Origin: Fibrobacteria bacterium
Lineage (GTDB): Bacteria > Fibrobacterota > Fibrobacteria > UBA11236
Direction: 5' to 3'
NCBI GenBank assembly: GCA_043745805.1
Contig: JAYTSD010000020.1
Span: forward strand, 145,527 to 209,526
DNA length: 64,000 nt
The notes under the pieces are model-generated. The model was not told the origin of the DNA and did no database searches. It was given only the letters and a program-made list of their open reading frames with translations. Below, piece by piece: positions 49,912 through 59,155 of the stretch. Each line of letters opens with the position of its first letter. Position 1 is the first letter of the stretch. A program made the translations under genes and the position numbers.

Positions 49912-50841
49912 TCAGTATTTATTTTCGTGATTTTGTGAAATGACATATTCTGGCCTTTGGCGTAAATGTTCCACCACAATTAATAAATAACGTCCTAATA
50001 CGCCTAAATACAAGATGATTAATCCGCTTAAGAATAAAACGGAGGCAATCACGTCCGTATAACCAGGAACATTCCAATGGGTAAAAAACTTTGCAAACAC
50101 ATTAAAGAGGCCGTAAATAAAGGCCAAGGACGAGATAAGGAAGCCAAGCTTGAACCCGATTTTTAACGGAATGGTGCTAAAATTAAACAGGGCATCGGTT
50201 CCTAAATGAAAAGACTTTTTAAAAGTATAGGCAGGATGTCCGTGCAGCCTTGCGCTAGAAAGATAAGGCAAAGAAAATATTTTAAAACCTAAATGGGGTA
50301 TTATGGCGCGGATCATTAAATTGCGTTCCGGTAATTTATTAATGATGTCGCATACAAAGCGGGTGATGAGGCGGAAATCCGGTCCCTCGGAGACCATGGG
50401 AAACTCAGACATTTGATTAAAGATTTTATAAAATGCTTTGGAAAATAAATTTTTGGTCATTCCATTTTGAGAGTTATCGCGTATCATTTGTACCACTTCA
50501 TAACCCTCTTGGGCTTTGGCTAACATGAGTGGAATATATTCCGGCGGCTGTTGCAAGTCGGCATCAAGAGTAACCATAAAGCTACCTATGGCTTCGCGAT
50601 ATCCCGCACGCAAAGCCTGTTGATGACCAAAGTTTCGCACAAAGGAGATTAAGCGAATGTTCTTGTCATTTACTATGAGTGCTTCTATTTTAGCCTTAGT
50701 GGTGTCAGTACTTCCGTCATTGATAAAAAGAATTTCGGAATCAATTTCTGCGCAGGTTTTTTTTAAAGAAGCATAAATTAAAGCAATGTTTTCCGCTTCA
50801 TTATAGCAGGGCAAAATAATGGACAATAATGGTTTAGGCAA
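49912..50841 (-). CDS. GT2 polyprenol-phosphate glycosyltransferase (GtrB/ArnC-like)
   Basis: PCYNEAENI, INDGSTD, RNFGHQ and LDADLQQPP motifs, two C-terminal TM segments and RPEYVI. Confidence 0.92.
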   Translation of the reverse strand: MPKPLLSIILPCYNEAENIALIYASLKKTCAEIDSEILFINDGSTDTTKAKIEALIVNDKNIRLISFVRNFGHQQALRAGYREAIGSFMVTLDADLQQPPEYIPLMLAKAQEGYEVVQMIRDNSQNGMTKNLFSKAFYKIFNQMSEFPMVSEGPDFRLITRFVCDIINKLPERNLMIRAIIPHLGFKIFSLPYLSSARLHGHPAYTFKKSFHLGTDALFNFSTIPLKIGFKLGFLISSLAFIYGLFNVFAKFFTHWNVPGYTDVIASVLFLSGLIILYLGVLGRYLLIVVEHLRQRPEYVISQNHENKY

Positions 50842-51069
50842 ACCAACCTCTTTTAATAAGCATTTCTATAAATTGAATTATACTACAATGCAAAATCAGA
50901 AGGCTTGGGAATAAAACTTAAGGCACGCGCACGAGAAATCGCCGCAGGAAAAATTTAACTAGGAATATTTTCACTGGATTTTATTTGACAAAAAAATCGG
51001 GATTTTCTGTACTATCGGTGCCCCCAATTTTTGCTTGCATAGACATAGAATTTCCTTTTTTACAGGGCG

Positions 51070-51921
51070 TTAATTTGAAGATTCAGGTAAAACGGTATTC
51101 GGAAAAAGCTGCAAATTTAAAGTATAAACACGATCTTCTTGTGAATCCTTTTCCACTAATTCGCGTAACTCTTCTCTAAAGGAGCGAATCCTTTCTTGCA
51201 TGGATTTATATCCCTTTTCCGAGACATAAACCGTGATAGCATTGTACTCTCTGCTTTCGACAGGGACTTTATCAAATACGTCTATGGCTAAATGAATCAT
51301 GTCCAAAGTGCGTTTTTTATTGGCCTCGCCATGCGCGCCTTTTTCGGTAGTAATGTGTTTGTCAGTAACGGCATAACCATTAGCCAATTTTTTAATGAGT
51401 TTTAAATCCAATAAAACTTGTAAAGCCTCCTGTACTTGCTCGGAGGTGATTTGGGGAATTAATCGTCTAGCGATTATGGCAGGATTTCTTTCATTGGGAT
51501 TGAGGCCTAGATAAGCCCTTACCACAGAGAAATACCATTTTGCATAATAATGAAATTCTGCAGTGGGTAAAACTTTAGCACGAGATCCGCGATAATGACT
51601 GAGCTCATGGAAAAAATGATTTTTAGCTTCGACATTTTCGGCTTGATTAAATTGCACTAAAATATCGAAGTATTTCAATTCATCATTGGTTAGGTCCAAA
51701 CCTTTGGCAAATTTAAAACGCTGGGTCATGGATAAATTACGCTTGCCTCCAATGATTTTTGAAAGCAGGCTGGCGTTCGAGTTGGGAAGTCCGGCTTTGC
51801 GGGCAAAGTAGCGATTAGAGAAATTAATATCTTGGGCTTTTTGTGAAGCGCAATAATCCCCTAAATATTGGCGATAGTCCAAATATTCATATATGACAGG
51901 ATTTGGTTTTGTTTTATTCAT
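51070..51921 (-). CDS. TIGR02147-family protein (second paralog), divergent from the di-heme genes
   Basis: IYEYLDYRQYL, FSNRYFARKAG, YFDILVQFNQA, WYFSVVR and VYTLNLQLFP motifs. Confidence 0.9.
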   Translation of the reverse strand: MNKTKPNPVIYEYLDYRQYLGDYCASQKAQDINFSNRYFARKAGLPNSNASLLSKIIGGKRNLSMTQRFKFAKGLDLTNDELKYFDILVQFNQAENVEAKNHFFHELSHYRGSRAKVLPTAEFHYYAKWYFSVVRAYLGLNPNERNPAIIARRLIPQITSEQVQEALQVLLDLKLIKKLANGYAVTDKHITTEKGAHGEANKKRTLDMIHLAIDVFDKVPVESREYNAITVYVSEKGYKSMQERIRSFREELRELVEKDSQEDRVYTLNLQLFPNTVLPESSN

Positions 51922-51958
51922 ACCAGCCTAAATTGGAGAAGGCAGTTGTCCGCTTAAA

Positions 51959-51977
51959 CGAGGTCGTTATGGCCTCG
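51959..51977. promoter_or_regulatory. 19-bp imperfect palindrome (candidate operator), copy 3, the most symmetric
   Basis: cgaggtcgttatggcctcg, starting 38 bp from the TIGR02147 start codon, in the divergent intergenic region. Confidence 0.6.
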
Positions 51978-52238
51978 AAAGGGTAATATATGCTCAATTC
52001 ACGAAATTAAGTGCGTATAATTTGAGAAAAACCTAGAGCATAGTAATACGGGATACATTAGATTATCTAGGTCAACTTTGTAATAAAAACCCTATTTTTT
52101 TTGAAGCGGATCACAATACTTTTAGTGAGCAATTTGAGAGCAATGACTGGCCAATGGAGAAAACGGGTTTTCCGGTCTTTGCGAAAGGATAATACTTGCT
52201 CTGCAGGGTAGGTATTAAATTGAAAGGACTTTGGAAGT

Positions 52239-54719
52239 ATGAATTTAAAAGTATCCTCTTTATTAGCAATTACTTGCGTCCAGTTAAGCTGGTCTAGTCT
52301 TGTCATTATAATGAAAGATGGGCAAGGCAAAGCCATACAGGGGGTAACATGCTCGCAATATGGAAATACCGCTAGCGCTACAACGGATGTAGCCGGCTCA
52401 TTGACGCTTAATGGGATAATTTCATCCATACATAATCAACCCCAATCGCCTATTAAATATTCATTATCACAAATACCATTGGCGATGGGTGAAAAAGCCA
52501 ATTTAAAAGTTATGGACATAAGTGGAAAAGTGGTATTAAATCGTCAAGTTTTCTTGGGCGACCGAGTTGCATTCTCGGAAAAAAACAAGGGAATTTATTT
52601 TGTAAATATTTCCAGTCAAAACTATTCGACTCAAGGACGTTTTGCTAATACGGGTAAGGGATTAATTTTCGAAAGTATTGAAGCCAAAAGTAAATCGCAT
52701 TTAGCCAAAGCTTCTGCTGCTAATGCGGCAGCCAATACAGCATCCATTATTTGCAGTAAAACGGGTTATGCTACACAAGGTTATCAACTTGTCGATGGCA
52801 GTACTAACACTATTGATTTTACCAAGTTAACCTTGGTTGCTTTATATGACCAATCCACGGCTCTGCAACCAGCCATTACAGTGGAAACTGATACTGCCAT
52901 TATCACCCATTGGGCCGATAGAGCGCGTGATAGGCATTCACGTGAAGATGAATTTCACAATCATGCGCATTATCTTGCACATTATTGGGATCATCGCACT
53001 ATTCAAGTTGAAATTATTGACTATGTCGCTAAAGGCGGTAAAAAAGTTGTTGTACACTTTACCTCTCAATGGCCCATTCATAAAAACCAGGAAGAGTTTA
53101 GAACTTTTTACCGTGGTATTGGTACGGTTGCCGAGTATGTCTACGACATTAGAGCAAATCCTGATGGTGATGCTCAGCACCTTAAGTATACGAAGTCCTT
53201 AGATCAATTTTGGTATGTGAATGTGGCTACTGGTCAAGCTCTGCATCGGGATTGGAAAATGGGTGATAAAATGGAAATGGAAATTAGCCAGTTTTTAGAA
53301 CCCACACTTGATAATGGGGAGGTATTGGTAGGCCGCGCAAATTATTATGGATCGGTTGTTTTATATGTTGTGGGAAAAGGCATTGTTCCTTGGGAAACGC
53401 ATGGGGTGTTTGGTGATAAAGCAACGGATAGAGAGGACTCTTATCCCATTCCTGATGAGGGTTGGTCAGGCGGAGACGTTACACTACCGTATCAATATTC
53501 CAATGAACCACAATTTCATTTTATCCAAATGGCAGGAAATTTAAATTCAGTGAATGGACAAACTTTTGTTAAAGGTCGTCGCGTACATCACACGAATTTT
53601 GTTACGGGTGTGCATGATGAGCCCGATAATCCTATTTTCACAGAAATGGTTGGCAAAGCAGGACTCAACTATGTGAATACGGCTTGTACAGCTTGCCATT
53701 TAAATAATGGAAGAGCAATACCTCCTGCAACAACAGGATCAGCGCTTTCCCAATATGTGGTTAAAGTCGGTGATGGTAATGGTAATGCTCATCCTCAATT
53801 AGGGAGCGTATTACAACCTAAAAGCACTGGCGCAACTCCTGAAGCTTCGGTAACGATTAACGGTTGGACGGAAACCGATGGGTTACGTAAACCTACTTAC
53901 GCTTTTTCGGGAGGTCCAGTACCCACCCAATTTTCTGCACGCATAGCGCCACAATTAGTGGGCATGGGTTTATTAGAAGCTATTCCTGAATCCGCTATTC
54001 AAGCCATAGCTGATCCCGATGATGCTAATAATGATGGAATTTCGGGTAAAATGCAAATCGTAAGTGATTATGTAACAGGCGCACCTCATTTAGGTCGCTT
54101 TGGATGGAAAGCTGGTAAGCAAGATGTTACTCATCAAGTGGCGGGAGCCTTCAACACAGACATGGGCGTGATGACTTCAATTTATCCTGATCCTGATTGC
54201 GGCTCGGCTCAAACTAATTGCGGAAATAAGGGCAGCGAAATTGCGGATAGCAATTTTCAAAATCTAGTCGACTATGTTTCTCTATTAGGTGTTCCCGCTC
54301 GTCGTGATCTAAAAGATCCAGTGGCCTTGCAAGGAGAAGCCTTATTCACCAGTGTAGGTTGCACCGCTTGCCATTCGACTACATTCACTACTTCGGTTTA
54401 TCATCCTAAATCAGAATTACGCAATCAAAAAATCCACCCTTATACCGATTTATTGCTTCATGATATGGGTTTAGGATTAGCTGATAATTTGCCTGAAGGC
54501 GGAGCAACAGGTGCCGAATGGCGTACGCCTCCACTCTGGGGTATTGGTTTAACGGCTAGCGTTAGCGGTGGCGAAGGTTATTTACATGATGGACGCGCCA
54601 GAACATTGACTGAAGCCATATTGTGGCATGGTGGCGAAGGCGTTGCTGCACAAGCCAAATTCAAAGCTTTGTCCGCAAATGATCAGGCTGCATTAATTAA
54701 ATTTTTAAAATCACTGTAA
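52239..54719 (+). CDS. Secreted di-heme oxidoreductase (DHOR/DUF1111-like), paralog 1
   Basis: Two CxxCH motifs (CTACHLNNG, CTACHSTT), GMGLLEAI, GRFGWKA, YTDLLLHDMG, EWRTPPLWG and YLHDGRARTL.EAILWHGGE. Confidence 0.9.
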   Translation: MNLKVSSLLAITCVQLSWSSLVIIMKDGQGKAIQGVTCSQYGNTASATTDVAGSLTLNGIISSIHNQPQSPIKYSLSQIPLAMGEKANLKVMDISGKVVLNRQVFLGDRVAFSEKNKGIYFVNISSQNYSTQGRFANTGKGLIFESIEAKSKSHLAKASAANAAANTASIICSKTGYATQGYQLVDGSTNTIDFTKLTLVALYDQSTALQPAITVETDTAIITHWADRARDRHSREDEFHNHAHYLAHYWDHRTIQVEIIDYVAKGGKKVVVHFTSQWPIHKNQEEFRTFYRGIGTVAEYVYDIRANPDGDAQHLKYTKSLDQFWYVNVATGQALHRDWKMGDKMEMEISQFLEPTLDNGEVLVGRANYYGSVVLYVVGKGIVPWETHGVFGDKATDREDSYPIPDEGWSGGDVTLPYQYSNEPQFHFIQMAGNLNSVNGQTFVKGRRVHHTNFVTGVHDEPDNPIFTEMVGKAGLNYVNTACTACHLNNGRAIPPATTGSALSQYVVKVGDGNGNAHPQLGSVLQPKSTGATPEASVTINGWTETDGLRKPTYAFSGGPVPTQFSARIAPQLVGMGLLEAIPESAIQAIADPDDANNDGISGKMQIVSDYVTGAPHLGRFGWKAGKQDVTHQVAGAFNTDMGVMTSIYPDPDCGSAQTNCGNKGSEIADSNFQNLVDYVSLLGVPARRDLKDPVALQGEALFTSVGCTACHSTTFTTSVYHPKSELRNQKIHPYTDLLLHDMGLGLADNLPEGGATGAEWRTPPLWGIGLTASVSGGEGYLHDGRARTLTEAILWHGGEGVAAQAKFKALSANDQAALIKFLKSL

Positions 54720-55047
54720 GCGAATTTTATTTCAAAATATGTGCCAAAAAAATATTTATTATGTTTTGGCCTTTAAATCCTCCATTAAAAACCATTATTT
54801 TTGATCATCTTTACTCAAAAGGTAAGCCAATTTTAATTTTTGGTTTTATTTAATTGCCCACTAAATAGAGTCGATTTATTTGTAAAATTTTTATCCATCG
54901 TCATGATTAATTATTGAATTAAAAATTTAAGCTCATGTTTTTTGTGTTTTGACTTAAATGTAAATTGTAAGCAAAGTTCAATAATGAATTGAGTGAAATC
55001 TCCTATAACCTTTCCTTTTATTTAAAAATTCAAAAAATTTTTGCCCA

Positions 55048-55066
55048 CGAGGTTGTTATGGCCCCA
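55048..55066. promoter_or_regulatory. 19-bp imperfect palindrome (candidate operator), copy 4
   Basis: cgaggttgttatggcccca, a GC-rich island in an otherwise very AT-rich spacer, about 120 bp upstream of 55188. Confidence 0.6.
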
Positions 55067-55187
55067 AATAATTTTTAATCTGCCTGCGGATTTTTAATAT
55101 CGCGGTATTTTTAGCAAAACAGACATGGTTTATTTTCGCAATAAGGGATCCGAACCCATGCGATATAGCTGAAAAATGAGGTGAACC

Positions 55188-57659
55188 TTGAATACAAAAA
55201 ACGGGAAAAACTTATCCAAGCAATGGAAAAATGCCCTTCTCTTATCCGTACTAACGGCTAGTTGGAGCTGGTCGAATATTACCATCATTATGAACGACGG
55301 GCAAAATAAACCCATTTCAGGCGTAACTTGTTCTCAAAGTGGAGGAACCTCAACGGCCACTTCCGATGCAAATGGATCATTGATACTCACTAACATTTCT
55401 TCTATTAATCCTCAAAACCATAATCCAAGCAACTATTCACTTTCCCAAATCCCTTTAGCCTTAGGTGAAAAAGCCAATTTGACTATCATGGATACCAAGG
55501 GAAAAGTTGTGTTACATCGTCAAGTGGCCTTAGGCGAACAAGTAAAATTTTCTCAAAATGATAAGGGTATTTATTTCGTAACTATTTCCAGTCATAATTA
55601 CTCTACCAAGGGACGCTTTGTAAATACGGGTAGCGGAATGACTTTTGAAAGTATCGCTCGGGAAAACAAAACACCTATGTTAGCAAAAGCGACAGGTTCT
55701 TTAGGCGCGTCTATTGTTTGTAGCAAGAATGGATATGCAACACAAGCTTATCAGCTTCCTGATGGCACGAGTAACACTATTGACTTTACTAAACTAACCT
55801 TAGTTTCGCTCTATGACCAATCCACCACACTAGAACCAGAAGTAGTAATAGAAACTCCTACTGCATTGATTACTCGCTTTTCGGATCGTGGCCGTGACAG
55901 GCATTGTCGCGAAGACGAATTTCATATTTACGATCATTTCTTAGGTCATTATTGGATGCATCGCACGGCACAAATTGAAATCATTGATGAGGTGGCTAAA
56001 GGCGGAACCAGAGTCATCGGAAATGTTGTAACGGAATGGAAACTGGGCTCAACTAATTTCCGTACTTTTTATCGCGGTATTGGAACGGTAGCTGAATATT
56101 ATGAAAACACCTTAATGACTCCGGTTGCTGGGAAAGCAAATACCTATACGGCAACCTGGACAAGATATCCCAAAAAAGATAAAGAAGGTGGCGCGAGTCA
56201 ACCTTTAAATCGCCCTTTGCAAATTGGGGATCGTATGGAATTAGAAGTAAGTCAATTCTTGGATGGCCCACCAGAGGGACGTGCAAATTATTATGGTACG
56301 GTTTATCTGTATGTTGTAGGTAAAGGTATTGTACCTTGGGAACCACGCGGCGTATTTAAAGATAATAGCACCGAACTTGAAGATTCTTATCCACTTCCTG
56401 CGAGCACTTATATGGGCGGACATACCACCTTATCGCAACAAACTTCGAATGAACCGCTATATCATTTCATTCAAATGGCTACTAATTTGGCTCCCCAAAA
56501 TGGCCAAAAATTTGTTTTGGGACGTCGTGTTGCGCATAGCAGCTTTCTCGATGGCACGCATGATGAACCCGACAATGAAACCTTTCCTGAAGTGAGCGGA
56601 AAAGTTGGTACTAATTATGTGAATGTTTCTTGTATGGCTTGTCACAATAATAATGGTCGCGCATTAGCTCCTGCGGTGGGAACCCCGCTTACTCAATATG
56701 TAGTCAAGGTTGGCGATGCCAACGGCAATCCTCATCCTATGTTGGGTTCGGTGTTACAACCCAAAGCGGTTTCGGGTACTTCAGAAGGTTCAGTGTCCAT
56801 TAGCAGCTGGACAGAAGCGAATGGCTTACGCAAACCAAATTATGCTTTTACCGGAACGGTGCCTCCTCAATTTTCCGCGCGTGTTTCGCCACAATTAGTG
56901 GGTATGGGTTTATTGGAAGCGATACCTGAAGCAACCATTCAAGCACTCGCTGATCCTGCTGACGCTAATGGGGATGGTATTTCAGGTCGTATGCGTATCG
57001 TAACTGATTATGATGGCGGTGCTCCACACCTAGGTCGCTTTGGCTGGAAGGCCGGTAAACCTTCAGTTGCTAAACAAGTGGCAGGTGCATTCAACACGGA
57101 TATGGGCGTGATGACTTCCGTTTATCCTAAGCCTGATTGCGGTTCATCACAAACCAATTGTGGGACGGAAGGTAGCGAGATTAGTGATGAACAATTTCAA
57201 CACTTGGTTGATTATATCTCCCTCTTGGGCATTCGTGCACAAAGAGACTATGCCGACCCAACGGTTATTCAAGGCGGACAAACCTTTGCTAGCATTGGTT
57301 GCGCAGCTTGCCATGTGCAAAACATGACTACCGGCACATTCCATCCTAAAGCTGAATTGCGTAATCAAACCATTCATCCTTATACCGATATGTTATTGCA
57401 TGATATGGGTCCTGGTCTTGCCGACAATTTAGCCGAAGGGGATGCAACGGGAGCGGAATGGCGTACTACGCCTTTGTGGAGTATAGGTTTAAGTGCTGGT
57501 GTAGCTGGCGGCGAAGGCTATTTGCATGATGGCCGTGCACGTACTTTGCAAGAAGCTATTCTTTGGCATGGCGGTGAAGGTCAAGCAGCCACGGATAAGT
57601 TTAAGGCTTTGCCACAAGCGCAACAAGATGGCTTAATTAAATTTTTAAAATCATTATAA
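55188..57659 (+). CDS. Secreted di-heme oxidoreductase (DHOR/DUF1111-like), paralog 2
   Basis: CMACH and CAACH heme motifs and the same conserved blocks as paralog 1. RBS gaggtg precedes the TTG start. Confidence 0.9.
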   Translation: MNTKNGKNLSKQWKNALLLSVLTASWSWSNITIIMNDGQNKPISGVTCSQSGGTSTATSDANGSLILTNISSINPQNHNPSNYSLSQIPLALGEKANLTIMDTKGKVVLHRQVALGEQVKFSQNDKGIYFVTISSHNYSTKGRFVNTGSGMTFESIARENKTPMLAKATGSLGASIVCSKNGYATQAYQLPDGTSNTIDFTKLTLVSLYDQSTTLEPEVVIETPTALITRFSDRGRDRHCREDEFHIYDHFLGHYWMHRTAQIEIIDEVAKGGTRVIGNVVTEWKLGSTNFRTFYRGIGTVAEYYENTLMTPVAGKANTYTATWTRYPKKDKEGGASQPLNRPLQIGDRMELEVSQFLDGPPEGRANYYGTVYLYVVGKGIVPWEPRGVFKDNSTELEDSYPLPASTYMGGHTTLSQQTSNEPLYHFIQMATNLAPQNGQKFVLGRRVAHSSFLDGTHDEPDNETFPEVSGKVGTNYVNVSCMACHNNNGRALAPAVGTPLTQYVVKVGDANGNPHPMLGSVLQPKAVSGTSEGSVSISSWTEANGLRKPNYAFTGTVPPQFSARVSPQLVGMGLLEAIPEATIQALADPADANGDGISGRMRIVTDYDGGAPHLGRFGWKAGKPSVAKQVAGAFNTDMGVMTSVYPKPDCGSSQTNCGTEGSEISDEQFQHLVDYISLLGIRAQRDYADPTVIQGGQTFASIGCAACHVQNMTTGTFHPKAELRNQTIHPYTDMLLHDMGPGLADNLAEGDATGAEWRTTPLWSIGLSAGVAGGEGYLHDGRARTLQEAILWHGGEGQAATDKFKALPQAQQDGLIKFLKSL

Positions 57660-57739
57660 AATAAAAATTCCCTATAAAATTGAATCAAGCATATCTTTAC
57701 TTATAATTCTCTTCGGTTAAAAAAATTTAAAGGCTATTT

Positions 57740-59104
57740 ATGAATAAAATTTTTGCAAATGCACTGTTAATGGGGCTCTATGCATTACCTGCAATGAGCG
57801 CTGTAATTAACCTTTCGGGTACCGTAACAAGTAAAGTTGGCAATACAAAAATCCAAGGAGCGACCCTTGAATTAGTCAATGCCAAAATAATGACAAAATC
57901 TGATTCCAATGGGGTTTTTAATTTTGGACTTACGGGGATCAATTCACTTTCACAAAGTAAACCAAGTGACTTTAGTCTTTCCAAACTGGGAAATAAATTG
58001 TTTTTCGAAGCGATGGCTAATAAGGATTTGAGCTTAACTCTTTTGGATTTAAAGGGTCATCAAATTGCCAATCTGTTTAATGGCAAAACTAAATCTGGAT
58101 TAAATGAATTAACGCTTCCTTCGCAAGCTTTGAAAACGAATATGCTTTCGCTAAGAGTCGAGTTAAATAACCAAGTTTCCTATTATAAACTTATTCAAAC
58201 CGCTTCCGGAACATTAGTAGATAAAATTAATCCTAATACTACTTCTTTGGAATTGGGAAAAACATCTGCTAGCGCTGCGGTGATTGACACTTTAAAAGTT
58301 CGCAAATCAGGTTATAAAGATTTGGCCATAGCCGTGGAAAGTTATGATGCAACCATTCCGGTGGCTATGGATGGCGAAGCCATAGGTTTTGCAAATGCAA
58401 CGGTACATTGGGATTTTGAAACCGGAGCACTTCCCATCGGTACTTATGCGGCAAAGCTTCCAGGTCAACCTAATGCTCGTGGTCCATTACCCATCATTGA
58501 TAAGCTCCAAGCGCATGGTGGTGTCTATGCTATGCATTTAGACAATCTTACAGGTCAGCCTATGCGCGATATTGAATTTAATCTTCCTGCAAATTTTGGT
58601 CCGGTACTTTGGGGTCGCGCTTATATTTTTGTAACGCCAAATGCACCTATCAATCCTGATACCAGCGTGAGTAGTCATGGCGCTTTGTTCAAAGGCTTAT
58701 ATACCCCAACCACGGGAACTGGAGATTATTGGTATGAAGTAGGATTTGAAAAGGGAAAATATTTACAAATTCAACATGTTCCGGAACCCCCAGGCTTTCC
58801 GGAATGGATTTCTTACAATAAAAAAATACCTGCCGCAGCGGCTTGGGAATGTGTGGAATGGGAAATGGATGGCGTAGCTCCTTCCGAACCCAAACTTTTT
58901 GTAGCCGGAGTCGAAATTCCCGTAGCCGTAAGAATTGGGTGGGATAATGGATACTTCACTGTTAAACCAGCTGATCTTTATAAACCCGCCTTAAATTTCA
59001 ATAAGTTTTGGTTAGGAATTGATATGTACCATAACCTCTCAGTAAAAACTGAATTATGGTATGACGATGTGGCTATTGCGCCCAAACGCATTGGTTGCAA
59101 TTAA
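57740..59104 (+). CDS. Secreted protein with a Cip1-like beta-sandwich core
   Basis: Signal peptide; C-terminal WDFETG...AHGG..AMH...LWGRAYIF...WECVEW...LWYDDVAI...IGC pattern. Confidence 0.6.
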   Translation: MNKIFANALLMGLYALPAMSAVINLSGTVTSKVGNTKIQGATLELVNAKIMTKSDSNGVFNFGLTGINSLSQSKPSDFSLSKLGNKLFFEAMANKDLSLTLLDLKGHQIANLFNGKTKSGLNELTLPSQALKTNMLSLRVELNNQVSYYKLIQTASGTLVDKINPNTTSLELGKTSASAAVIDTLKVRKSGYKDLAIAVESYDATIPVAMDGEAIGFANATVHWDFETGALPIGTYAAKLPGQPNARGPLPIIDKLQAHGGVYAMHLDNLTGQPMRDIEFNLPANFGPVLWGRAYIFVTPNAPINPDTSVSSHGALFKGLYTPTTGTGDYWYEVGFEKGKYLQIQHVPEPPGFPEWISYNKKIPAAAAWECVEWEMDGVAPSEPKLFVAGVEIPVAVRIGWDNGYFTVKPADLYKPALNFNKFWLGIDMYHNLSVKTELWYDDVAIAPKRIGCN

Positions 59105-59155
59105 ATTATTTAGGACGGCAGTATAGTAAACTCTAGTTTTTTACTACTAAACAAT

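Noticed and set aside
50879-50895. actacaatgc shared with the promoter region of the first TIGR02147 gene (23634-23643)
   Set aside because: On the minus strand it reads tgtagtataat, adequately explained as the -10 box of the GT2 gene. A 10-bp match can be chance.
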